DNA of 64,000 nt, from NCBI GenBank assembly GCA_020833025.1, contig JAJHRB010000001.1:12277-76276 (forward strand), read 5' to 3'. The translations under genes were made by a program, and so were the position numbers. Under the pieces are notes generated by a model. It saw nothing but the letters and a program-made list of their open reading frames with translations, did not search any database and had not been told where the DNA came from. This stretch comes from Thermoproteaceae archaeon (GTDB taxonomy: Archaea; Thermoproteota; Thermoprotei; Thermoproteales; Thermoproteaceae). Shown here piece by piece: positions 1-9,100 of the stretch; within the stretch, counting starts at the first letter, position 1; each line of letters opens with the position of its first letter.

Positions 1-37
1 ATAAGATTAAGCTTTTTACCGCGCCGTACTGTACCTC

Positions 38-649
38 GTGCTTGTTGAGCTGTCATTTAAGTTCAGCAGCGCGAGTGAGGTCGAGAAATTCTTGTCATTT
101 CTCGAGAGACACGTGAGGAATGTTCGATATTCCGTGAGCGCGCGTCTGACGCACGTTTACGTCCAGCTGCAGGGAGAAGGCAAGGAGCTTCAGGACGCAG
201 TTGCGCTGGTGAAAATGCTCGCAGGTCTCGCGAGAGCTCGGCGCGCCGTTAGACGGGTGCCGCTGTTGGTACTGTTCAGAGACGCTGAGCTGGCAAGGCC
301 TGTGCCGCCGGACGCGATAGCCGACGCGCTGACGTTATCCGGCATTCCGTCGAGAGTGCGTGGCAGCTTCCTCGAGACAGAGGCAGACTACGAGAAGGTC
401 CTACAAGTGGCTGAGGAGCTTTCTAGGCTCTACAAGATCTCCGAGAGGTACCCGATAACGCCACACGCAAAGAGAATTGTCGTGGTGCACGCGTATGCTA
501 CAGGCAAGCCGGTCGACGCGTCAATAGAGGAGCTAGTAAGTGCCGGGTTGCTAAATCGCGGCGCGGCTATCAGCCTTAGATACCCCATTGAGGAGACAAA
601 GAGGCGCTTGCTCAGTGCTGCTAGCGTTAGGCAGGGGCGGTCGGCTTAG
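38..649 (+). CDS. DUF2067-like crenarchaeal conserved protein
   Basis: 203-aa ORF with native codon usage directly upstream of rpoL, the usual context of this family. Confidence 0.55.
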   Translation: MLVELSFKFSSASEVEKFLSFLERHVRNVRYSVSARLTHVYVQLQGEGKELQDAVALVKMLAGLARARRAVRRVPLLVLFRDAELARPVPPDAIADALTLSGIPSRVRGSFLETEADYEKVLQVAEELSRLYKISERYPITPHAKRIVVVHAYATGKPVDASIEELVSAGLLNRGAAISLRYPIEETKRRLLSAASVRQGRSA

Positions 650-676
650 TTTAAATACTGCCGCGTAGCCGCGTGC

Positions 677-970
677 GTGCTTCAGCTTGAAATACTGAAA
701 CTTGACGACAAGTACTTGGAAATCAAGGCCCGGGGAGACACGTACACTCTATTCCCGCCTATCGTAGAGTATCTGTCTCGCGACCCGGACGTGGAGTACG
801 TGCAGTTTGACGTTGACCACCCGCTACTCGAAAATGTACATTTTAAGGTAAAGGTTAGAAGCGGCAATCCCCTTAAGGCCGTGGAGAGGGCCGTGAGGGC
901 CATACTGCAGGATCTAGAGGAGCTCGAGAGAGGATTCCTCGCGGAGAGTCGCCAGGCCGGGAGCATGTAG
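677..970 (+). CDS. rpoL: DNA-directed RNA polymerase subunit L (Rpo11)
   Basis: GDTYTL...DHPL motif and 97-aa size; TATA-like TTTAAATA at 650-657. Confidence 0.9.
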   Translation: MLQLEILKLDDKYLEIKARGDTYTLFPPIVEYLSRDPDVEYVQFDVDHPLLENVHFKVKVRSGNPLKAVERAVRAILQDLEELERGFLAESRQAGSM

Positions 971-991
971 AGAGCCCCGGCCGCCGCCGTT

Positions 992-1660
992 ATGATGCGC
1001 CTAGTACTGGCAGAGGCCTCGCTCGAGCTCGTGCCGCCAGAAATACGGAGCCACCCAGCAATAATAGCCGATGCCAGGAGGCGGGGCAGGAGGCCGGAGG
1101 AGATGCTACTCGACCGGGCCCGGCACCATCCGGCAATGCTGGCACTTAAGGACTCTCTCAGGCGGGGGAGGCCGGACATAGTGCACCAGGCATTACTCGT
1201 GTTCCAGTATAGCCTCCTGAATAGGCGCGGGCTGGGCAGAGCATACGTCCACACGCGCGATGACTACGTTATCGTGATCCAGCCGGAAACGAGAATGCCC
1301 CGGAATTACAATAATTTCATTGCATTAATCGAGCAACTCTACGCCATTGGCAGGGTCCCGCCCCGAGGGAAGCCTCTCATCGAGCTTCAGAGAAAGGCCC
1401 TGCAGTCGCTGCTCAGAGAGCTCGGAAACCGCTGGATCGTGCTTCACGAGAATGGCGTGAAGGTGTCTCTGGCTGAAATTGGCAAAGCGCTTCTGAGCTC
1501 TGTCGTCGTGATCGGCGGCTTTCCGCACGGAGACTTCTTAAATAAGTGGGTCATCGAAGCGGCCGAAGCCGTGTACAGGCTAGGCGACGAGGTCATGGAT
1601 GCGGCGCAGGTGATCTGCAAGGCCGTCACTGCCGCAGAGACCGCCGCCGGCCTTCTCTAA
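992..1660 (+). CDS. nep1: 16S rRNA pseudouridine N1-methyltransferase Nep1/Emg1
   Basis: RGRPDIVHQALL, RMPRNYNNF and IGGFPHGDF SPOUT motifs. Confidence 0.92.
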   Translation: MMRLVLAEASLELVPPEIRSHPAIIADARRRGRRPEEMLLDRARHHPAMLALKDSLRRGRPDIVHQALLVFQYSLLNRRGLGRAYVHTRDDYVIVIQPETRMPRNYNNFIALIEQLYAIGRVPPRGKPLIELQRKALQSLLRELGNRWIVLHENGVKVSLAEIGKALLSSVVVIGGFPHGDFLNKWVIEAAEAVYRLGDEVMDAAQVICKAVTAAETAAGLL

Positions 1661-1668
1661 CACTAGCC

Positions 1669-2448
1669 ATGTCCGTGGAATTCCTGGTATATCTGAAGCG
1701 GAAGGGGCGCTGGCAAGAGCTAGCGAGATATGTGGAGCAGATCGGTGTGCCGTGCGTTCTCGACGTGAGCCATCTCGACACGTCGCGCTCGCCGATAACA
1801 ACTGCGGTGGAGATAGAAGATGCACTACTCGAGAGCAGAATTGACGCGCTGGCTCTGCCGAGAGTCGGCGTGAGCGAGCTCGACTGGTACATCATGCTGG
1901 CAGACGCACTTGGTACGACAAGGCTTGTAATACCACCTGCACCCACAATAGACGATATAGCTGCGGTGTATGACAGGGCTGTGGGACATGGTATGCACGT
2001 TAACTGGATTTACGGAATTCAGCCGCTTGCGAGCATAGACGACGTCGAGAGAGTGGCCCGCGAGGTGAGGCACACAGCGGCGAGAATAACGTACGACCCG
2101 GTCAAGGCGAGAGGCACGAAAGAGATTTACAAGACTATAGTAGCGCTGAGCGGGTACATAAGAGAAATATATATGTCGAACAGACGCGGAGGGCGCAGCC
2201 CGCGCCTCCCGCCATTTGACCCCTCAGGCAGGGTAAACTTTGCTGAGATTATGCAAATATTGCACTTGATAGGCTGGGAGGGCAAGCTTACCATTAGGCA
2301 AGCTCCTGCGTACTTCAGCGAGCTGGAGGTTCAAATTAAAATAGGCATGGAGGTTCTCGAGAGCACAAAAAGCTCCGGCGCCTCTAAAGTAGTGCGGAGA
2401 CGGGTGTCGGCGATACTCGCCGAGCTTATGTCTCGAGGAGCTCCCTAA
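1669..2448 (+). CDS. Sugar-phosphate isomerase/xylose-isomerase-like TIM-barrel protein, function unknown
   Basis: ATG 1669 follows the nep1 stop; C-terminal RLPPFDPSGRVNFAEIMQILHLIGWEGKLTI resembles the AP_endonuc_2 family tail. Confidence 0.5.
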   Translation: MSVEFLVYLKRKGRWQELARYVEQIGVPCVLDVSHLDTSRSPITTAVEIEDALLESRIDALALPRVGVSELDWYIMLADALGTTRLVIPPAPTIDDIAAVYDRAVGHGMHVNWIYGIQPLASIDDVERVAREVRHTAARITYDPVKARGTKEIYKTIVALSGYIREIYMSNRRGGRSPRLPPFDPSGRVNFAEIMQILHLIGWEGKLTIRQAPAYFSELEVQIKIGMEVLESTKSSGASKVVRRRVSAILAELMSRGAP

Positions 2449-2525
2449 GTCCACTTGAGCGCCGCGGCGGGCAGGCCCCGCGCGACTTGCACACATGTTC
2501 AGGACTCCGTGTCAGATCAGAGGTC

Positions 2526-2612
2526 CTATGTCAGAGATCCCGTGCCGGGGGGTCCTATGCGCAGGGGCACACACCCATTCATAGGACCTCTGGCACAGAA
2601 CCTCTGACATAG
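2526..2612. repeat. Long imperfect inverted repeat (~34-bp stem, 20-nt loop) upstream of the TnpB relic
   Basis: 2526-2559 CTATGTCAGAGATCCCGTGCCGGGGGGTCCTATG versus the reverse complement of 2580-2612 CTATGTCAGAGGTTCTGTGCCAGAGGTCCTATG. Confidence 0.85.
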
Positions 2613-2672
2613 CATTCTTGACGCAAGAATCTGGAAATCCGGTTTCCCGTTCAGGCCTGCCGCCGCAGTGAC

Positions 2673-3140
2673 ATGAAAGCATACAGAATGCTCGCGCTGC
2701 GCTACGACGTCCTAGAGCTGCCGCCCGAGGCGCAGCAGAATTCCCGCAGTTACTCAAGGTCCTGGCAGAGTTCCGAGCGCGGGCCTCCGAGCAGGCCGAA
2801 AATGGCGGCAGAACGCAACTGCCAGAGAGAGGGGCCCAGCCGAGGCGTCTCGCAGAGAAATTTTGTCCACGCGTACAACGCGCTGGAGCGACTGAGAGGG
2901 CGCGTCATAAGGCGCGGCAAGAGGGACTTATCGAGGGTCTCGCAGGCGGCACGGAGTGCCGTGCGTTGAGGCGAGGCTCTACAGCACGGTGTGCCCGAAA
3001 TGCGAGGCGAAAATGGTGGAGCTGCAGAACAAGCGAGCTGGGTGCATGAAATGCTGCCTCAAGACAAACCAAGAATGAAAGTGCCCATCATGTGGGCGGT
3101 GAAGAGATTTGGCGGGCTGCTCAAAACGGCTCAGGCCTAA
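2673..3140 (+). pseudogene. tnpB: IS200/IS605-family TnpB relic (frameshifted, large internal deletion)
   Basis: N-terminus MKAYRMLALRYDVLELPPE; shifted frame PQLLKVLAEFR; C-terminal HGVPCVEARLYSTVCPKCEAKMVELQNKRAGCMKC zinc ribbon and KVPIMWAVKRFGGLLK; most of the central/RuvC region is absent. Confidence 0.75.
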
Positions 3141-3320
3141 AACCACCTCTTTTTTCTTCGCCGTGCCGGATGCTTACTAGCCCGGCAGTTCTCGCAATCT
3201 CATGAAAGCACGGCCGAGAGAGCGCTCCCTGTCAGGCGTGGGGTCCCGCCCGGCAGCGCCGCCTAGCGAGCGGGGCTCCGGCCCCCGGAGTGCGGTAGGG
3301 GTTGAAAGGGGGCACGGACA
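3141..3320 (+). ncRNA. Putative TnpB right-end/omegaRNA-like structured region
   Basis: GC-rich self-complementary tract immediately 3' of the tnpB stop, ending GTTGAAAGGGGGCACGGAC; position matches TnpB reRNA loci. Confidence 0.45.
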
Positions 3321-3502
3321 CTACTACCCCGGCTGGCAGAATTGCGCTATCGCGAAGTTTGCTCTGTTTTCTTATCGCTACGCGACTGTTTTACATTTCC
3401 TAGCAAGGCTACTTGAAATTTAACAGAGCACATGTGAGAAGATGTAACTGAGTAAGTTAACAATGTACAAATTAATGGCCAAGTTTGACGAGAGGCTTGC
3501 AG

Positions 3503-3520
3503 TTAAAGTTAACTTTAAAT
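3503..3520 (+). promoter_or_regulatory. argG promoter: perfect 16-bp palindrome overlapping the TATA box
   Basis: TTAAAGTTAACTTTAA at 3503-3518; TTTAAAT at 3514-3520, about 24 nt upstream of ATG 3541. Confidence 0.65.
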
Positions 3521-3540
3521 TCATATTAACGAGAGCGAAC

Positions 3541-4757
3541 ATGGCGAGCAGCGCCTCGGGGCGAGCAGAATAGTACTTGCCTACTCGGGAGGTCTGGACA
3601 CCACGGTAGCAATAAAGTGGCTAAGGGAGAAGTTCAATGCAGAGGTTTATACTGTCACTGTTGACGTCGGGCAGGAGGAGGACTTTGCAGAGATTGAGGA
3701 GAGGGCATACAAGGCAGGCGCAGTGCAGCACTTCTACATAGATGCAAAGAGAGAATTCGCCGAGGAATACATATTTCGCTCTATTTTAATGAATGGAATG
3801 TATGAAGGGCTATACCCACTGGGGACCGCTCTGTCTAGGCCCCTAATAGCTAAGAGGGTTGTCGAGATAGCCAGAAGGGTCGGAGCAGACGCAGTGGCGC
3901 ACGGGTGCACCAGCAAGGGGAACGACCAGGTCAGGTTCGAGCTGACAATTAAGGCGCTCGCGCCTGACCTGAAAATCATAGCGCCGGCGAGAGTGTGGGG
4001 CATGACGCGCGCTGAGGAGCTTGAGTACGCCAAGCGTCACGGACTGCCTGTGAGCGCCGAGCACAGGAAATTCAGCATTGACGACAATCTTTGGTCGAGG
4101 TCAGTAGAGGGGGGCCCGCTGGACGACCCGGCCGCGGAGCCCTCGGAAGAGGTCTTCAAGTGGACGGTCGCGCCAGAGAAGGCGCCAGACAAACCGACGT
4201 ATCTGACGCTAGAATTTAGAGACGGGCTCCCAATTGCGATAAACGGCGAGAGAATGGACCCGCTCGCACTGGTGACCGCGCTTAACGGCATCGGCGGTGC
4301 AAACGGTATCGGCAGGATAGACCACATGGAGAGCAGGGTAGTGGGGCTTAAGAGCCGGGAGGTATACGAGGCGCCAGCAGCCGTGATACTGTACCACGCG
4401 CACAGAGACCTCGAGAAGCTCGTGCTCACGCCGCGCGAGCTGAGATTTAAGCACGGGATTCTTGACACCACGTGGTCGGACCTAGTGTATCAGGGCCTGT
4501 GGGTCGAGCCGCTGCGCGTGGCGCTTGAGAGGGCAGCAGAGGAGATGGAGCGGTGGGTGACCGGCACGGTGAGAGTAAAGCTCTACAAGGGCGCCCTCTG
4601 GATAGTGGGGAGGGAGTCGCCGTATAGTAGCTACAGCAGAGAGCTCGCCGACTACAATAGAGGGTGGTATCCGAGCGACGAGGAGGCCAGGGGATTCATT
4701 AAAATGTGGGGCCTCCACTCGCTGATCGCCATCAGGAGGCGCCGGCTGGCCGTCTAG
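3541..4757 (+). CDS. argG: Argininosuccinate synthase; start ATG out of frame, -1 shift needed near 3558-3561
   Basis: [13 protein letters not shown] from 3567, [22 protein letters not shown]. No ATG/GTG/TTG in frame before 3723; ATG 3541 reads [10 protein letters not shown]. Confidence 0.93.
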
Positions 4758-5011
4758 CCGGCGCGAAGAGGAAAGCACCAAAACTGGGCCGGGGAGGGAA
4801 AACAGGCGAGGTTTCAGTACCGCTGCCGGAGCGCAACTCGCGGCAACTGCCGCTAACACTCACGGCGATAATATAATGAGGGAATTGAGGGAGGGCGTTG
4901 CATGCCTCAAGAAGTCCGCGCGAAAGACGCCCCGGGCTTTCTGGCCCCGGAGGGCAGCGAGAGTGAGCGTGTCCTGCCACTCTCAAGCCTCGCTAGCTGT
5001 TTTAACTGTGG

Positions 5012-6229
5012 TCATGAGCGCGACCCCGAGCCCTCAAAGAAGTACAGCACAGCGGAAGGCCATGACTTTGCTACTGGTGACACGTCGTCCACGCACCCTC
5101 CCACTATCTTGAGCGCCGCGAGCGCCATTAGGCCAATTCTGTGATCGCCGTGTGAGGGCAACACGACGCCGCCTCTCCTGAGGGGCCCCCTCACGTGCAG
5201 TGTGCCGTCCTTGTACTCAGCATATGCGCCGAGCCTCCGCAGCACGTCGATGACAGAATTTATCCTGTCGCTCTCCTTAAACCGCAAGTGCTCCACCCCG
5301 CGGATTACTGAGAGGTCCTCTACCGTCGCGGCTGCCAGCGCCAGCGGCATGACTAAGTCAGTATTGTGCCTTAAATCTGCGTCAACTCCCCTGGCAAGCG
5401 CGCCGCTCACGCGCACGACGCCTCCTGCCTCGCTGATCCTGGCGCCCATTTTCTCCAGCGCCTCTAAGAGGGGCCTGTCGGTGCTGGCAACCGTGCACGC
5501 TATCTCCACGGTACCCCCAGTGGCGAGCGCCGCCACCGCGAGGAATGCTGCCAGGCTGAAGTCGCCAGGCACTTTAATGCTGCCGGGGCTTCTCAGCGTG
5601 CCGGAGACCTCCACGACGCTCCCCACGCTGACTCTCGCGCCAAAGGCCTTGAGAGCCTCGGCCGTCGCCTCGACAAAGCTCCAAGATCGCCTCTCGCCGA
5701 GGGGCTCCACGACTCCGCTTCCGCACAGCGCGGCGAGGTACATGAGGCCTGAGATGTATTGCGACGAGATGTCAGCCCTCACGCGCACGTGAAAGCTCTC
5801 GAGGCGCCTGCCCTCAACCACCACAAGGCCGGGCGCCCAGACGACTCTGGCAAGACCCCTCAAGGCGTCTACTAGCTCTCCGAGAGGTCTCTTTAGGAGA
5901 GTACCGCCGTATAGTATTGCAGTGATGCCTGGCACGCCTGTGTAAATGGCCGTGGACGCGCGCAGTACGAACCCGCTCTCCATGACGCTAAAGGCTCTGA
6001 GGCGCTCCGGCTCTCTCCTATCAATCATCACGCTGGCTCCCTCCAGTCTCACGCTCGCCAGCGGTTTTACTGCCCTCAACGCTGCGATCACGTCATCGCT
6101 CAGCTCGACCCCGTCAATTATAGTCTCCCCGTCAGCAAGCGCGGCGGCAAGGATAAAACGCTGGGAGTACGGCTTCGACGGCGGCGCCGGGAATCTACCC
6201 CCGAGAGTGCCTCGCTCAATGCAGAACAT
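5012..6229 (-). CDS. aroA: 3-phosphoshikimate 1-carboxyvinyltransferase (EPSP synthase)
   Basis: [24 protein letters not shown] and GDHRI motifs. Confidence 0.92.
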   Translation of the reverse strand: MFCIERGTLGGRFPAPPSKPYSQRFILAAALADGETIIDGVELSDDVIAALRAVKPLASVRLEGASVMIDRREPERLRAFSVMESGFVLRASTAIYTGVPGITAILYGGTLLKRPLGELVDALRGLARVVWAPGLVVVEGRRLESFHVRVRADISSQYISGLMYLAALCGSGVVEPLGERRSWSFVEATAEALKAFGARVSVGSVVEVSGTLRSPGSIKVPGDFSLAAFLAVAALATGGTVEIACTVASTDRPLLEALEKMGARISEAGGVVRVSGALARGVDADLRHNTDLVMPLALAAATVEDLSVIRGVEHLRFKESDRINSVIDVLRRLGAYAEYKDGTLHVRGPLRRGGVVLPSHGDHRIGLMALAALKIVGGCVDDVSPVAKSWPSAVLYFFEGSGSRS

Positions 6230-7247
6230 GAACTACGTAGGAGGTGGCCCTTGCAACATCCTCAGGCCTGACCCTCTCCAGCACCCACCTCCCCAGCCTG
6301 ACCACTAGCGGCATGTAGATGTACTCGCCGCGTCTCTTTTTGTCAAATTTTATCAGCGAGAGCGCGCCGGCAAGCTGCTCCCTCGACGCACGCGCCCGCG
6401 TTGGAAGCCCGAGCACCTCAAGCAGCGACCTCACGTCTGCAACAACGTCCTCGCGCAAGTAGCCCAGGTCGCGCGAGAGGTGGAGCTCTGCAACTATTCC
6501 GAGAGACACAGCCTCGCCGTGAAGGAGGCCCAGCACGCGCTCGAGAGCGTGTCCTACTGTGTGGCCTACATTCAGAACCTGCCTTATTCCCCTCTCCTCA
6601 AACTCGTCGATCTCAACCACTCTAGCCTTTATCTGAAGCGAGCGAAAAATTGCCGTCTCGAGCGCCCTCTCCTCCCGCCTCAGCAGCGCGTCCACGCCCT
6701 GCTTTATCCACGCGTAGAGCTCCTCGTCGAGCGCCACGCCATACTTCACCATTTCGGCAAACGCCGACCGGTACGCCCTATCGGGCAGCGTGTCTAGCCA
6801 TGACGTGTCGCAGAATATTAGCGAGGGCTGATAGAAGACGCCTATGAGGTTCTTGATGCTGCCGACATCGACCGCGCCCTTGCCTCCCAGTGCCGCGTCA
6901 ATCATAGCGAGAAGCGTCGTGGGAACGCTCACGAGTCTAAGTCCCCTCATGTAGGTCCCAGCCGCAAAGGTAGCGACGTCGAGCAGCGCGCCCCCGCCCA
7001 CGGCCACAAGGGCTGTTGACCTGTCGGCGCCTGCGCGCGCGAGAAATTCATATATCTTGAGCAGCGTGTCGAAACTCTTGACACCCTCGCCGCCCTTCAG
7101 TGCCAGCACGGGGACGCCGGGTATTGGCGGCCTGAGTCCCTCTTCGATTACCAGCACGGGTCTCTCTACCAGCTCTGAGTACGGGAGATCTCTCCCCACG
7201 ACGACCTCGGTCATCCCGCGGCTATGTCTGTAAGCGAACCGCTTCAT
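6216..7247 (-). CDS. aroB: 3-dehydroquinate synthase
   Basis: [43 protein letters not shown]. Confidence 0.95.
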   Translation of the reverse strand: MKRFAYRHSRGMTEVVVGRDLPYSELVERPVLVIEEGLRPPIPGVPVLALKGGEGVKSFDTLLKIYEFLARAGADRSTALVAVGGGALLDVATFAAGTYMRGLRLVSVPTTLLAMIDAALGGKGAVDVGSIKNLIGVFYQPSLIFCDTSWLDTLPDRAYRSAFAEMVKYGVALDEELYAWIKQGVDALLRREERALETAIFRSLQIKARVVEIDEFEERGIRQVLNVGHTVGHALERVLGLLHGEAVSLGIVAELHLSRDLGYLREDVVADVRSLLEVLGLPTRARASREQLAGALSLIKFDKKRRGEYIYMPLVVRLGRWVLERVRPEDVARATSYVVHVLH

Positions 7248-8188
7248 CGCAGTCTCACGAGCTCCTCGGCCCTCGCCGCCACGCTCTCTGGCGTGAGGCC
7301 GAAGTGGTGGTAAAGATCGGCAGGGCTCTTTGCGCTCCTGCCATAGGACTTGAGGCCCATGATGGCGATTTTCGTCGGCCTTGTCTGGGACAGATACTCG
7401 GCGACGGCGGAGCCGAAGCCGCCGTGAACCATGTGCTCCTCGACCGTGACAATAGCGCCGGCTTTGGTCGCGTATTTCTCCACCGTGGAGTAGTCGAGGG
7501 GCTTAACAGTGGGGAAGTGCACTACGGCGGCCGATATTCCCCGGTCTTTTAGCAGCTGTGCTGCGTCAATGGCGCACGGCAGCATGATGCCAGTTGTAAA
7601 TATCGCAACATCGCTCCCCTCTCTGATAACATACGCCCTGCCCACCTCGAACTTGTCGTAGAGTGAACAGGTAACCGGGACGTGAAAATCCCTCCCGACC
7701 CTTATGTAGGCAGGCCCCCTTATTGCTGCCGATGCCATGACCGCCCTGTATACCTCGCACGAGTCCGCCGGGACTATTATGGTGAAATTAGGGAGAACTC
7801 TAAAGAGTGCGACGTCCTCCAGCGCTTGGTGTGACGGGCCGTCGTACGCGTCAGAAAATCCTGCGTGAGTCCCAACGAGCCTGACGGGAAGCGCGAGCCT
7901 GTCAACGGCGTTTCTGGCCTGCTCCCAGCCCCTTGCTAGGAACGCCGCGAACGTCACGGCGTACGGCATAAAGCCGGCCAGCGCTAAGCCGGCGGCGATC
8001 CCGACCAGCGCCTGCTCCGCAATGCCAACGTTGAAGTATCTCTCCGGGTGTCTCTCAGCGAAGAGCCTGGCCCTTGTGGGCTCCCCCGTATCTGCGACGA
8101 GCACGACAACATCCCCCCTTAAATCTCCGAGATCCGCCAGCGCGCGCCCCAGCGCCTCCCGGGGCGTTAGCTCTTCTAGCCCCGACAT
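7244..8188 (-). CDS. Transketolase, C-terminal subunit
   Basis: [34 protein letters not shown]. Confidence 0.93.
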   Translation of the reverse strand: MSGLEELTPREALGRALADLGDLRGDVVVLVADTGEPTRARLFAERHPERYFNVGIAEQALVGIAAGLALAGFMPYAVTFAAFLARGWEQARNAVDRLALPVRLVGTHAGFSDAYDGPSHQALEDVALFRVLPNFTIIVPADSCEVYRAVMASAAIRGPAYIRVGRDFHVPVTCSLYDKFEVGRAYVIREGSDVAIFTTGIMLPCAIDAAQLLKDRGISAAVVHFPTVKPLDYSTVEKYATKAGAIVTVEEHMVHGGFGSAVAEYLSQTRPTKIAIMGLKSYGRSAKSPADLYHHFGLTPESVAARAEELVRLR

Positions 8189-9008
8189 GCTAGAGACTGT
8201 GCGTACTGCAGGGCCTCGTCTCTCGATAGTCTCTGCCGGGGAGTTCCCTCGATGCCCGGCACTCCCCTCCCCCTCGCAGTTCTGGCAATAATCACTGCGG
8301 GTCTTGTGCTGCTCTCGGCCCTTTCAAGCGCCGAGACTATCTGCTCGTGGTCGTGCCCGTCGGTCTCGAGTACTTCAAAGCCGAGCGCTCTGAGCCTGCC
8401 CGGCAGGTCCCCCTTGCGCAGTACCTCCTCAACGCGCCCGTCGAGCTGTATGCCGTTGTAGTCCACTATCGCGAGGAGATTAGTCAAGTTGTAGTGTGCC
8501 GCCGCGGCGAAGGACTCCCAGCTTAGCCCCTCGTCGAGCTCTCCGTCGCCAGTTATTAAGTACACGCGACCTCTGTTGCCCCTCAGCTTGAGGCCCAGGG
8601 AGAGGCCGACCGCCATGCTTATTCCCAGAGCCAGCGAACCTGAGTTGGGCACGTCGACAAACGGCGTGTCTGCCTCGGGGTGGTTCTGGAGGCGGCTGCC
8701 CAAGCTACCGGACTCCCTCAGCTCGTCGAGCGCTAGATAGCCCATTGCCGCGGCGAGCGCGTAAATCGCGTGCACCGCGTGACCCTTAGACAGCACTAGG
8801 TAATTCCTGTTGCCCACGCCATTTGCTAGATTGAACTTCACTCTGCCAGTGCCGTAGAGCGCTACCAGTATGTCGAGCACCGAGAGAGACGACCCGAGGT
8901 GCATCCCGGGGTCGTAGCTCGCCATTAGGAGCAGGTATAGTCTCGCCCTGCACGCCAGCTCTCTCAGCTGCTGAACCCCGACCTCTCTAGTGCTGAGTAC
9001 CCCTGCAT
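8176..9008 (-). CDS. Transketolase, N-terminal (TPP-binding) subunit; start ATG out of frame, -1 shift needed near 8979-8976
   Basis: HLGSSLS, LSKGHA, GDGELDEG. The frame stays open upstream of ATG 8925 through the first helix (QQLRELACRARLYLLLMA) with no canonical start; ATG 9008 reads MQGYSALERSGFSS*. Confidence 0.9.
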
Positions 9009-9027
9009 GGCCTGAAAGGGGGTCCGG

Positions 9028-9035
9028 TATTTAAG
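9028..9035 (-). promoter_or_regulatory. TATA box of the tkt-tkt-aroB-aroA operon
   Basis: CTTAAATA on the minus strand, about 23 nt upstream of ATG 9008. Confidence 0.6.
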
Positions 9036-9100
9036 TAATCAGCACGTGCGCGCCACGCGCGCGGGTTTTTGTCCTTATAAGCAGACTAGGTAGCGGCCGC

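Noticed and set aside
4757-5011. Possible third TnpB relic ([16 protein letters not shown]) or ncRNA between argG and aroA
   Set aside because: Only two very short resemblances, in different frames and partly overlapping the aroA stop; no convincing C/D boxes.
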